A DNA stretch of 64,000 bases, from assembly GCF_008831285.2 (NCBI RefSeq), contig NC_045138.2, positions 13,206,001 to 13,270,000 on the forward strand, written 5' to 3'. Position numbers and translations under genes: made by a program. Below, one piece after another: positions 37,201-48,768 of this stretch. Below the pieces are notes generated by a model. That model saw only the letters and a list, made by a program, of their open reading frames with translations. It was not told where the DNA came from and made no database searches. Position 1 is the first letter of the stretch. Every line of letters begins with the position of its first letter. The stretch is from Nymphaea colorata. Taxonomy: Eukaryota.

Positions 37201-40200
37201 AAAAAACAATATAGAAGTTCATAACCTGAGATGGACAAATTTCTCTGTCAACTTGCTAATTGACAATTGAGAGGTCGGCTGATTCCAGTCTGATTGTCAG
37301 GCTTGCAGACTATGCTAGCAGCCGATTAGGTTACAAAATATTGTCCTTAAAGGAGATCCCTCCACCCATTGATTGTGCCATTAGAACAGACGTGATCTTT
37401 AAATCCAACTAACACCCCACACCATGCTCTACACAAGCCATAATGTCTATTCCCTGCTTGGAACATTCCAATAAAAGCAGTGAATTTCAATTTAGTTCTA
37501 GTAATGTGACGCAAGGCTGGAGTGAAGCAGATCTTGATTAGATCCATTGGCTCCGGTCTTATTCGTTTTCTTGTCAGATTTATGAAAGTTGATTTGCACC
37601 TTTTGTTATTAGTTTTTGGATATCATCTTATGGATCTGAGATCCGCTTGTTTAGGAGTTGTCTATTTAAAAGGCACGTTTTGTTCATTTTGGGAGTGGTG
37701 AATCGTTCAACGAGGACCCAAATTTCCTCTGCTTCTAGGCATTATCTTTCCTTTGTTTTCTTTCTATTATTACAGGTTGTTTGCTTTCCTTCTAATTTCT
37801 ACCGTTTAGTTTAGAGTTTGGCGAGGAGACTAAAGCCAAACCTCTAATTACTTCAGAATGGTATCAGAGCCTAAGGTTCTTCCTCTGTCTTCAACAATAA
37901 ATGAAGATTTGAGGAACAATCATGCTATAGTAGAAGCACCAAAAATAGAAAAATCAAAAGGCCACTGCACATAATAAGGAAGAACCAAGGATGATACGAC
38001 TGTGGAGTGTGTTGACATGAATGCAAGAAAATCTGGTGCGTGTGAATAAAGATCTCGTCGAATACATGAAAAGGATCAATTCTCTTGAAGCATGGATGCT
38101 ACAGGTTGAAAATAACTAGACCTGGGCATCTGGGCATCGGCCCAGATACCCAATGGGTACCCGGTTCCTGGCCCGATCGAGCCCGAGTCGGCCCAACAGT
38201 GGCCCGATTCGGCCCGATAACAAATAAAAATTATTTTTTTTATTAAAAATATATATTTTATTGTTAAAAATATATTTTATATTCAAAAATTATTTTACAT
38301 TTAAAAAACATTTTTATTGTAACCGGCCCGGGCTTGGGTTTTGGGTGTCGGGCCCGGGCCTGGGCTCAGGTTTCGGGCATCGGGCCATCCTGGACCCGGC
38401 TCTTATCGGGCCGGACCAGCCCGACGCCCAGGTCTAAAAATAACCAGTCAAGAAAATCAAAATCTAGGCCATTGAGACACCGATGGTTGGTGACGACCCC
38501 ACCATACCGACAAACAAGAACACCAAAAATGGTGTGTTCGAAGCCCAATTTGCATGACAAATCTTCAGCCCAACACTATCTAAACATGCATCACCACTGA
38601 ACATTCCAACCACTGGAGTTGGGATTGAAATAGTCGATTTTTGCCCCCAATGTTGCGAATCCGCAAAGCTGGAGCTGGGAAACGCCACCCAACCCCCAGT
38701 TTCCACTGACATCATAGAGCAGCCACTACATCAAAAGAGAACCTGTCAACGAGCACTCCAACTATGGGAGGGTTTGGGTCAGTGCGCGGACGACCATTGG
38801 CATTGCCCATCGTGATGGTGAATGGTGGAGGGAGGCCCGCGGTAGATTATCCGGCAGCGAGCATGGCATCGTTCAGGAGAAATGGGGATGACCGCCTAAC
38901 TTGTTCAATCGAACCCTAGCCACTAGCAACTAATGGCCAGTAGCTAGGTGGGATCAGGCCTCCGCCTACTGGTCGTTGGCCGAACAGAGCCAGCTAGGCC
39001 ACCTCATGGCCACCTTATCTGCTGCCAAGCACAATGGAAGAGGAGCAAGGTTGGGCAGGATTGCCCGATAGCTCGACGGTGTCCTTGGGTCTCGACCCAA
39101 ATTTCAAACCAGTTCAGAACCTGCAGCAAACCAGCATTACTTTATATTAGGAAGGGTTCTTGCAATTCTGAAGCTAGGTCCAGATCCACCTAATCAAACC
39201 CAGAATCTGATCTGGGTCATTTGGGATACTGGTGGTATGAAACCTTTTAAACAGCCCGTTTGGGCCTTCCTCCTTTGATTTTAGATTCAATTTCACATTA
39301 TTTCAGCCTTTTTTTTAACCACTTAAATTATAGTCCTTCAAACTTTTAAACCTAAAAATATATATATATATGTAGTTTTAAACCTAAACCCAAGCCCAAC
39401 ACCATTGTCATCAACCAAGACCTAGTCCTTACCCAAATTTTAAAATAAACCCAAACAGAGGCAACTTGAATCCCAAAGAGCCTATACCTACTCGCCAACG
39501 TAAGCACTCAACCCAAACCTATATCTTATCACCCAAATCTTTTAGCAGTACAAGTTTATCAAAGACACCAGTGTGTGGACCATATGAAACATCAAAACTC
39601 AAAAGCCTGTGTTCGATATCTACATCATAGAGGACGACTCTGCTTCAACCCAGGAATAATGATGCAGGGGCAAGCGTGGCTCAGTTTTATTTGTTTTCTT
39701 ATATCATTTATAATTGTTGATTTGGACCTTTTGTCATTAGTTTTTGGCTATCATTTTATGGATTTGATATCCACTTGTTTAGGAGTTGTCTATTTAAAGG
39801 GCATGTTTTGTTCATTTTGCGGGTGGTGAACCATTCAATGAGAAGCCAAATTTTGTTTGCTTCTTGGCTTTCTCTTTCCTTTGTTTTCTTTTGGTTGTTA
39901 CTGTTTGTTTGCTTTTCTTCTAATTTCTACCATTTAGTTTAGATTCTGGCATGGAGATTTAAAGCAAAATCTCTATTCACTGCATCATAATGTCACCCCA
40001 CCACCTTTATTAGACAGCAATTTCCACAACCAGCTTCCATTGCACACAAATAAGTATGAAAAAAGTACCAAACACAGAAAGGAAGGCTACAAATGAAAAT
40101 ATGTGACTAGTCGCATGATATGCAAGGGAGATACCATAGAAATTCTTCGACAAAAAATGCATAATGACTAACTTGAAGGTATGTTATCAGCTTCAGATGC

Positions 40201-43200
40201 AAGTATTACATTAAACTCATCCCATTTACTGCATTGACACCTATCAAAACAAGCACATCTAAGTCGAATAAAATGTTATCCATAAATGAGATAAATAGCC
40301 ATATTTTCATAACTTCATATCAAGTTTTCAACTCGAAATCAACTCAAGAAAGAATTCCTATCAGTGATATGATTTGTATCTCTGAAAAAGGATTGATCAA
40401 GCAAATTACCTATGACTTGAAGCAAGCGACGTGAGGTTGTTTTCTCACTTTGACGTGGACCATAAGAAGCTTTTATCACCTAAATCAAATGAGAGTGTAC
40501 ACATGAAATGTCAATACCTGATCAGAATAATTGTTGGTCATGAAGAAAAATTAAGAGCAGGTTATAAATCAGATATCAAATGCAAAAAAGTGGCCTATCT
40601 AACATACATGGCCACATCACCTCCTACCTTCTGCACATGAACACTGAAAATGATTAAAAGTACTCATACATGAAAACTGCCATATAATCAACATCAAGCC
40701 TTGGCAGGAGGGGTCTCAAAAACAAATTATTTTGCTTTTGGTGATAGCAACATTGTCAATAAGGTGAAGTGTCATGGATTCTTAACCATAGAATGCCAAG
40801 ATGGCATTAAATTGAGTATCACAGGTTGCCTTGACAGACTCATTACTAAAACACCTTACCACACTAACTTTGAAGAAAATGCAAACATTATTAATCAGAA
40901 ATTATAAAAACAAGTATGAATGTCCATCAATTTATGATATTTGCACATGTAAATAAATAGTCATCAGCAGCGAAAAAGGGGGAAGGACATTTTTTTCATT
41001 TTTTGTTTATTTTGCACGAATAAATCTCAAGAATAAAAGTGGCTTTCAAGCTCACCTCGAGTGACCTGAACTGCTGGCTGCTATGAAGGAATATTTGACA
41101 CATTTCCAAGTTAAACTTTTTCAATACCTAGTATTAAATATCCCAATCTTCTTGTGAACTGAATTGCCTTTATATCTTTCAAAAACTAAACCAACATTTT
41201 CCTCTGCTTGACCATAAAAAGAATAACCACTGAGAACCAAAATTGCCCTTATATTAAGTCACGCTTTCCCTTATATTAAGTCACGCTTTCCCCTAATTTG
41301 CCTCTATGGATTAATTTCCGACCATTGACATTACAAAGTATTGTAGCGACAGAGCCTGTAGCCATAGCATTTGCCCAAGATCAACTTCAAAAATATGTTG
41401 CAAGTTAAAAATTTCATCAAATGTTCAAAAGGTCGTCTAGCAATTGTAAGATCATTCTCATTTGATGATCAGGATGATGCGACAGAGTTTAAGCTAGATA
41501 TGCTAATGGAAAATTGGCACACCAGTTGTTCAGGATGTCTGTATAGTTTATAGATTGCATCTATGGTCGCTTTCCCAGTTAGACCCTCTAAAAGAAATAA
41601 CCATAACAGCACTAGCACCAGAAATGTAAAAGGAAATGCAACATGAGGTTGAAGCAAACCAGCACCACAGATCAAAGATTGGCCCAATCCTCACAAAACA
41701 AATGTAAATATGTAGGCACTTACTTGTTTGTTGAACCGCTCAATTGTTGCCAATGGTATGGTTCCAAGTGCAATAAGTTTTCTGGATCCCTCACTCTGGG
41801 AAAAAAAACAGAAAAGAAGATTGCTTAATTATGAGATGCATGAAGACTAACTCAGCGCAGTGGAGATTAACATGTAAAAGGAGAAAAAATATTTTGTCAA
41901 ACAAGAATTCTTCTGCTGTACTTCTTAAAAGAGAAAATAGTAAAGAATATTAGCAACGAACGCAAGGTCATACCACAAAGAGCAAACGAAAATTGGTAAC
42001 TAATAAGGTACCAGCCTCATCTGTATTTACAAGGACAACTCCGAAACCCTGAATGCAACATTCAAACGGGGAGAAAATTTAAGCCAAAACTTATCAAAAA
42101 TAAACCAGCATTTCTTTATCTGCAAAATATACATTGTGAAAATACATGATCAGGCAAGATACAATTGTTTTGGATCCAAGGGCTAAATATGAGAAGAACC
42201 AAGCAAGAAACATTTACACTGTACGCATGAAAGGAGAAGCAACAGCCAAAGTTATAGAAGTGTTGCAGTGTCCACCATATGGTCAAAGTCCAATATGAAG
42301 ATTAACCCATACTCACTGATGGAACGATCAAATACTTACTTCAACCACTAAACAACGAAAAGCTCTGATCTAGTAGGGGTCCATGACTCCATGGTCGATT
42401 GTTTTCACTTATTGACTATCAAGATAGTAGACATGTTTTTCACCCAAACTATGACTAAACTAATGTGGTCCTACGTTACTGTTCACTGTTCCCTTGAAAA
42501 TATGAATTGAAGTTTCTTCTCCTTTCCCTGCATGATGGTGCATTCAATGGGCGAGCTGTAGGCACTAGTGTGAGGCATGTATTCCCATCAATTTTGCTGT
42601 GGAGTTCAACATCAATGACATTGATGGTAGGAGTTACGTCAATGACAGGTCTCCCTCGACATGCAGCACGCAGATACACGGTTCAAATAACAAATAGTGG
42701 CTTCGGTTACCACATACGCGAACAGATTGGAAGGGTGAGATAAAAGCATAAACGAAAAAAAATAACCAAACGCACAAGGGAAAAAAGCAAGTGCGTGGCT
42801 CGCCACCTGACAATGCACACGGCGTGAAAATGAAAAGAGATACAATTTCCTGGAAGATAGGCAAAATAGCGGCGTCTTTGAATCTTTCGGATGATGCAGC
42901 CATCCCATTTCGCCTGGGCGGCAGGCAATTCTCTCTTCAGAATTGAAGCCAAATAATCAGAAAGCAACCACGAGTAACAGACACAAGCAAACAAATTAAC
43001 AAGATAACAATTTGCTGCATCGAACGGGTGCCATGCTAGAACCCACGTGCCACATACCTCCACGATAACTTCCTCAGCCTCCAGAAGGAATTTGTTCATG
43101 CCATGAGAGACCGACCTAGTGACCGGCTGACACAGCAGACCAAAATGAAGAAGGAACCGCGTGAGTCATAAATTGGGGAAGGGAGAGAGAGAAAATACAG

Positions 43201-43338
43201 AGGAGGCGCTGAATTGAGCAATAAAATAAAACCCTAGGATCATTTTCCAATTTAGTTCTCCTAATCTGGGTGGTGCAGCACGGATCAGACCTCGATTTTT
43301 GTCCATTCAAGGGCGTCCCAACTGCCGGCGCCGTCCAT
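10176..43338 (-). CDS. MTM1: Myotubularin phosphatidylinositol-3-phosphatase (19 exons, 833 aa)
   Basis: Exons (minus): 43338-43291, 43126-43058, 42048-41974, 41795-41724, 40479-40410, 34648-34599, 31294-31005, 30909-30836, 30684-30621, 30201-30136, 29333-29234, 29139-29026, 27211-27042, 26275-26191, 13441-13214, 12594-12535, 12413-12349, 11485-11206, 10697-10176. All introns are GT-AG and the total of 2502 nt stays in frame. Motifs: GRAM-like N-terminus ([12 protein letters not shown]), [20 protein letters not shown], catalytic [43 protein letters not shown], then a C-terminal coiled coil. The start codon is the least certain part. Confidence 0.93.
14374..14621 (-). repeat. 3' LTR of Copia A (inner end deleted)
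   Basis: Direct repeat of 25401-about 25646, with about 9 substitutions and 2 small indels counted by eye. Confidence 0.9.
17407..17688 (+). repeat. 5' LTR of Copia B
   Basis: TGTTAAG...CTTACA, followed immediately by the PBS. Confidence 0.95.
22228..22509 (+). repeat. 3' LTR of Copia B
   Basis: TGTTAAG...CTTACA, preceded by the PPT. Confidence 0.95.
22512..23668. mobile_element. Non-autonomous hAT-type DNA transposon (MITE-like, 1157 bp)
   Basis: TIRs TAGGGCTGCAC...GTGCAGCCCTA, with many subterminal CTCGA/TCGAG repeats at both ends. The 8-bp TSD AATGTGCT lies at 23669-23676 and at 17396-17403, where it was displaced by Copia B. Confidence 0.9.
25401..25679 (-). repeat. 5' LTR of Copia A (279 bp)
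   Basis: TG...CA ends, adjacent to the PBS, followed by the TSD GAAAC. Confidence 0.92.
25699..26035. repeat. AT-rich dispersed repeat, probable degraded non-autonomous DNA transposon
   Basis: Shares collinear blocks (CAAGT..TTCTCAGATA, TTGATCAAAA.TCAA, AAAAAATTTAAATA.ATTAAAAA) with the reverse complement of about 33490-33767. Ends are not defined. Confidence 0.45.
27940..28340. repeat. Compound (AT)n/(GT)n/(AC)n microsatellite cluster in a myotubularin intron
   Basis: A pure (AT) run at about 27940-27998 and further TA/TG/CA tracts up to about 28340. Confidence 0.95.
31444..33460 (+). mobile_element. Ancient, internally deleted LTR retroelement remnant (Ty3/Gypsy-like)
   Basis: PBS TGGTATCAGAG at 31744. 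Two strongly diverged direct repeats start with TATTAGA at 31444 and 33132 and share GGAAATG.TGGGA, AGTTAGGTTA, TTATGGATGT and a (TG)n tract. A purine tract GGAGGGAG precedes the second repeat. Internal traces resembling Gypsy pol are faint. Confidence 0.5.
35693..37106. mobile_element. Degraded DNA-transposon-like remnant(s)
   Basis: Begins CAGTGTCACACGAAC with GC-rich GGTGC/GGATG subterminal-type repeats. Candidate ends are TGTGACAC at about 36550 and TTTTTAAAACACTA at about 37100. No clean TSD was found. Confidence 0.3.
37507..39987 (+). mobile_element. Non-autonomous LTR retroelement with CRM-like termini
   Basis: LTR1 37507-37855 (TGACGC...TTCA) and LTR2 39660-39987 (TGATGC...GCATCA) are clearly alignable but diverged. 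TSD TAATG at 37502-37506 and 39988-39992. PBS TGGTATCAGAGCC at 37859. No recognisable pol domains inside. Confidence 0.8.
38117..38436. mobile_element. hAT-type MITE (320 bp) nested in the CRM-like element
   Basis: TIRs TAGACCTGGGC...GCCCAGGTCTA, 8-bp TSD AAAATAAC at 38109-38116 and 38437-38444, and GGCCCG-rich subterminal repeats around an AT-rich core. Confidence 0.9.
41246..41289. repeat. Perfect 22-bp tandem duplication
   Basis: CCCTTATATTAAGTCACGCTTT occurs twice in tandem. Confidence 0.9.
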
Positions 43339-44297
43339 CGGTGTTTCGTAGCGATTTTGAGAGAAAGTGGCAGCCAGGAAGGAAGAAAGGCGCTTCCTCG
43401 GAAGAGGAGATTCTCCCTCCCTTCTGCCCTTTTACTTGACGAACAAAGGGGCAGCAATGAGGGAGGAAGGGTAGACGGGAAGCATACCAAGCGAACAAAG
43501 GAAAGCGAAGCTGCCTTGCGGTGGATGGAACATCAAGAAATGTGAGAGAGAGAGAGAGAGAGGGGCTGCCCCGGCCCCGCCGGTCCTCCAACCCTCTCGC
43601 TTTCCCCCACCTCTCTCTCTCTCTCACAGCTCTCCACGTGGACTGTTCGTATGCCCGCACGCCTGTCATATGATATGATTGACGACCTTTTCGAGTTGCC
43701 CCTTATCTCTGCTGCCCGGGATGGTTAGAATTTGAACGTCTCGGTCCACTTCCTATGGGACCCACACTTTCGCTTTTGGGGCGGCACATTGATATATTAA
43801 ATACGATTACATCCTATGACTGGCAGTCGAGTCGATCTCTCTTCTTTAATCACAAAAAACATAATCAACGGGTAAGGGCCCGTTGGTTGGCACAAGAGAA
43901 ACATGCTTTTCAATAATTTTGTTTACGGAACTTTAGTAACCTGACCAGATGATTTCAAGAACAAATTTTTTTAACTTCAGTTTCAATCGTATAAGCTCGG
44001 GAAGAAGCCACAAATGGAGCCTCAAAGCTTGTGCAAGTAACCAATCCAAGCTTTCAATGTTTTTAGATGAACGAACCGCCTCGGTTTATGGGGATGAATG
44101 GGGAACTGTCTTTTTCTTTCGTAAATGTGACAAAATTGTCTCCTGGGAATGGCCCCATCAGCCTCTCTCCCTTCCCGGCTAGTGGGATGACGAACGGCAG
44201 AAGGTGATAACCGCTCTTCCTCGTCGGGTACAAGGAGGGCACTAGCCGCCCTCTCCCGTCCGCCGTCCGGCCTCTGTTTCCCTTCTTGAGCGACCGA

Positions 44298-44905
44298 ATG
44301 AGGCGGGCAGTTGTAGCCCTATATAGTCGAGGACTCGACTCGAACCCCTCTCTCTCTGTTCCTGATGAGAGAGAGACCGACAAGGGAGGGCGATGGTCGC
44401 CCTCTGCAGTTATGCACTCAAGGTCAAGGGGGTTGGCGAGGTTGGAGCTACTTGACAACGAAGGCAAATACACGCCCTCTGTAAAACCCAGGTTATGTTG
44501 ATCAGTCGTCTTGGCTACAGCATTGATGGATTTATGCATCAAGTGGATGAAGGTATAGCAGATGTCCACACAGTGCTCGAGGAAATGCTTGAGAATGATG
44601 TGGTCTTCATGTGCGGCGGCGATAGTACGCCGAGTCGTTAGCTCTTTTCTCACGAACAATGCAAGGGGATATTAAGCCTAATTGCCATTAATTTTTTGCC
44701 GCTTACTTCATCCATCTGCCTTTTCTATTATGCATGCATGGAGGCAAGGAGTGTAGAAACGTGCTTAACTGGTACACCTGCTGATTTGATTGTGGAAAAG
44801 GATCGGTTGAATGTTGAATGTTTTGTCACGGGCGCTGCCATAAAGCTGTTCAGCAAGACAGTTTTTAGCAGCCTAGTTGCGTGGGATGGGATGGATTTTT
44901 GGTAA
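44298..44905 (+). pseudogene. Degenerate PLS-class pentatricopeptide repeat (PPR) gene fragment
   Basis: Switching frames gives PPR-like phrases in the expected order: RQIHA, GYVD, VVLATALMDL.IK, GIADVHTVLEEMLENDVV(S)CAAAIV, ALFSRTMQGDIKPN, AAIKLFSKTVFSSLVAW. There are multiple stops and frameshifts. Confidence 0.65.
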
Positions 44906-45852
44906 TGTAGAAGACGAGATACCAGAAGAGTGCCTAAAACTCATGCATGTACTGAACTGCAACAACGTTGAGGTATATGACTTCTATACTATGTATGATC
45001 AACCTCACCTTGTTTTTTATTTGAACCATTAATCTTATAATTATAAATTACCTGATGCCATCTTTAACATCAAAAGGCACCAAGTATGGGTCGACGCGTA
45101 GACCACGTGAAGGACAATATCTGTTGGCGTGCTTTGCTAAACAAGAGCTGTGCATGTGTTGGGCAGGTATTGTTTTTCATGTATTTAAGGTTGTATTGGG
45201 CACTCGAACAAACACATGAGGAGAGTTGACTATTGATATGCAAGCCTCGTAAAATCTTACAAAAGTTAATCCAACAAGGAAGTGTTCACGAAAATAATAT
45301 GCAAACCATGAAAAATACGTGCAAGACATTACAATTCACAAGCGTGTACGAAACAAATCCAACAAGCGGAAACTCATATGTACAAAGTAATCACTAAAGA
45401 TGTACTCGTTCTTACCTGAACTTGCTCTTAATTAGATCGCTCTAGACATGAATACTGAGATGTGTAGCCGTGCGTTATGCATTTTTCATGTTCCATTTTC
45501 ATAAAATCCTTTACACTACATGGTATTTAGAAATTCGGGGGACATGAAAGAGAAAAAAAGAGTGAGAGGTGTTCACTAGAAAAGGTAGGCCAGAAACAAA
45601 CGTTGAAAAACAGATGATGGGCAGAGCGTCAGACTGAAAAAACAAAGTTCATCCAGGCTAAAGACCTTTCAATGTTTTAGGCAATAGATGAATGGTATTT
45701 TGGCACGTGTTTTTTACAAAATTACTCGACGTTTTTCATTGGAAACCTTCGATGAAAACTTGAGGACCTATTTGTTGACCCCATAAACTTGACTACGGGT
45801 TTCTTGCTGGCACAAAATTTGAGGGCTCATTTGTAATTTTTTGTAAACTCAA

Positions 45853-46059
45853 AAGGATGTGTTTGATAGCCTTTGATCATACAATGCTGCATATAAAAGT
45901 GTGTTTTGGGACATATTCAGTTTAAACAAATTGAGAATCTCAGTAATATCGGTTCTACATATTAAAAACCATATATTTAAGGTTGGATTAGAGAGGGGAG
46001 GGGTCCGACCTTAGATCAGTGGATGGATCTGAACCCTACAATGAAACAAACACAATCTT
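45853..46059. mobile_element. Possible Tourist-like MITE
   Basis: Imperfect terminal inverted repeats AAGGATGTGTTTG / CAAACACAATCTT. The adjacent 46060-46530 is rich in AAAAC..GGTTTT motifs, suggesting a second MITE. Confidence 0.35.
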
Positions 46060-46861
46060 AGTTAAGATGTGAGAAAAACTTACCCCAGCTTTTTCAAAAC
46101 CGGGTTTAAACCAGATTTTGACGCAAATCTAGTTTCACCAAGTTCAGGTTTTGTCATCCAACAAGCACAAAACTCAGTTTAGTTTAAGATATGATTGTTC
46201 TAACACAAAACCAGGTTTAAATTTGATTTGTCTTTAGATGAAGCCTCCAAGATTTTGGTGGCAAAACCTGTGGTTTTGCCTCAGAAACCAGTTTTTTTAA
46301 TGGGCTGTGGATGTCATCGCAACTGGGTCTGAGAAAACCCCCTAATTTTTGACAGAACTTAGTTTTGTAAAGTATAGTAAAAAACTTAACCTCCTTGAGT
46401 TGTTTGTGGAAAACTAGGTTTCGAGTGTGTCGCCCAAACAAATAAAACAAGTTTCTAATGCTCATTAAAATTAGTTTTCAAAAACCAAGTTTCACAAAAA
46501 TAGGTTAAATAAGGGTGTCATGAAACTCCCTCTTGGTGTCATACAAACTAAGTGTCGTACACAAGTATCTGGAAGAGGATTTGGAAATTATGTCAGTCCC
46601 TCCTTGCACTTGCTGCTCTAAAAACTCTTTGGCCTAACTTCTGCTTCTATCCAGCGGCTGAGTGATTCAAGGCGGTGGAAACGGGACATTGAAAGTCGTA
46701 ACCGGAGTGCTGGTAGCCTATAAGATCTTCCAGGCAGGCTGGGCTTAAATCTTTAACGCCCAAGTGAAAGACGACGGGAAAAAAAAAAAAAGGTAAAAAG
46801 GTCAAGTGTTGTCCACTCTATCGATTATATACTAACGATATAGCAAACATTTTCTTAAAAA

Positions 46862-48768
46862 CTAATCGTACTCACGCAATGACAACTAGGGTAATGACTG
46901 GGTCATTAACTCCCAAGGCTCTTATTTGAACAGTAGAATCAAATGAGCCGACGACTTGGAAAGAAGCTTTCACCAACAAACTATGGCAGCAAGCAATGCT
47001 CAAGAAATTCACTGCACTTCAACAAAATCAAACATGGCACGTAGTTTCACTTATACCAGAATACAATGTCATCAGTTCTAATAGGCGTATAAAATTAAGC
47101 GTAATGCCAATGGGTCCATCGCTCGTTATAAAGCACAACTAGTTGCTTGAGGATTATTACAAGAAGTTGACATTGATTATCATGATACTTTTAGTCCTAC
47201 AGCTTAACCCACAACAATCAGGGTCTTTCTTACCATGGTCATGCAATTCGGATGGGATATACATCAACTAGACTTTGACAATGCATTTTTAAATGGTTGT
47301 CTTGATGAGGACGTCGACATGCCCCAGCCTCATGGTTTTGTTGATCCTCAACATCCCACCTATGTTTGCAAACTTGACAAATCACTCTATGGCATCAAAC
47401 AAGGACCAAGAACAAGGTATTCTAGACTTAGTTGTTATTTACAACATCTTGGGTTCTAGATTTCTCAATCTGATCCCTCACTATTCATTTACATCAAATG
47501 AGAAGCAAGATTCTTTTTGTTAGTCTATGTTGATGATCTCATCGTTACAGGGTCTTCTTCCACTTGTATTTTCAAAATAATTCAACAGCTTGGGCAAGAA
47601 TTTTTTGTTAAAGATTTAGGACAATTATCATACTTTCTTGGAGTTGAGGTCACTAGAATAGGAAATGCCTTATATCTATGTCAACAACAATATATCAAAA
47701 ACATTCTCACGAGCAAACATGAGTTCATCCAAAGCATCTATTTCTCAAATTAGCTCAACTAACATTAAAAACCAGGATGATCAACTGTTTCATGATCCAT
47801 CTCTCTATCGCAGCATAGTTGGAGCCCTATAATATGCTACTCTTACACGACCCGACATTGCGTTTGCTGTCAACAGAGCATGCCAATTTATGCATACACC
47901 TTCGGTTGGTCATTGGACTACAGTAAAGCGAATCCTACACTGACTTAATGGAACTAGCCATTTTTCTCTTAAACTGGTTCCGTCTCCATGATTGCAGCTT
48001 AGCATCTTCGCTGATGCTAATTGGGCAGGAAGTTATGAGGATTGAAAATCAACGGGGGGATTTGTCACATTTTTAGGTAATAATGTTGTGTCTTGGGTTT
48101 CTAGAAAACAACACACTGTTGCTCGTTCTAGCACAGAGGCTGAATACAAATCCCTTGCTTGTGCTATTGCAGAAGTGTTATGGCTAAAAAGCATTCCTTC
48201 AAGAACTAGGAGAAAAGGTGGTTCAGCCACCTCTACTATGGTGTGATAATATTGAAGCATTATATCTTGCAAGCAACCATGTCTTTTATACACGCACCAA
48301 ACACATTGAAGTTGATTTTCATTTTGTACGGGATCATGTTAGCAAACGTCACATTCAAATAAAATTCATTCGAACGAACGAACAGCTCGCCGATGGATTA
48401 ACAACGGCACTCAGCTCTAGTTCGTTCAGAAATTTTAGAACCAAGCTGAATATTGTGGAGCCCTCATTCAACTTGAGGGAGCGTGTTAAGGAAATCCATG
48501 AAGTCAAGGATAATAGGTAATGGCAATGAGAGATAATGGCTAAAATATAGCAGATGATTGATTCAATTGAGATCAGATCAGTTTTACAAGAAACAGAAAA
48601 ATGCTCTGTTATCTCGTAGTGATATCATTCATTAAATATCTATCCATTGTAAACTATGTGTAGAGTTGTAAACTACATGTAGAGTTGTAATCTACTGTGT
48701 AAATCATCTTGTTCGTTATATTCCTCTTTGGGAGAGAATAAAAGTCTCTTTACGAAGTTACTCTTTTA
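46862..48768 (+). mobile_element. 5'-truncated Ty1/Copia fragment (RT, RNase H, PPT, 3' LTR), highly degenerate
   Basis: Starts at a THAMTTR motif, then [79 protein letters not shown] is followed by an LTR-like start TGTTAAG at 48484. No gag, integrase, PBS or 5' LTR. Confidence 0.88.

Noticed and set aside
42476..42940. Extra exons or a nested gene in myotubularin intron 2
   Set aside because: Exons 2 and 3 join in frame without them (EVIVE|GFGVV), and the short ORFs have no recognisable homology.
44063..44659. 198-aa minus-strand ORF as a novel gene
   Set aside because: It has no ATG start and no recognisable domain, and is better explained as the antisense shadow of the plus-strand PPR relic.
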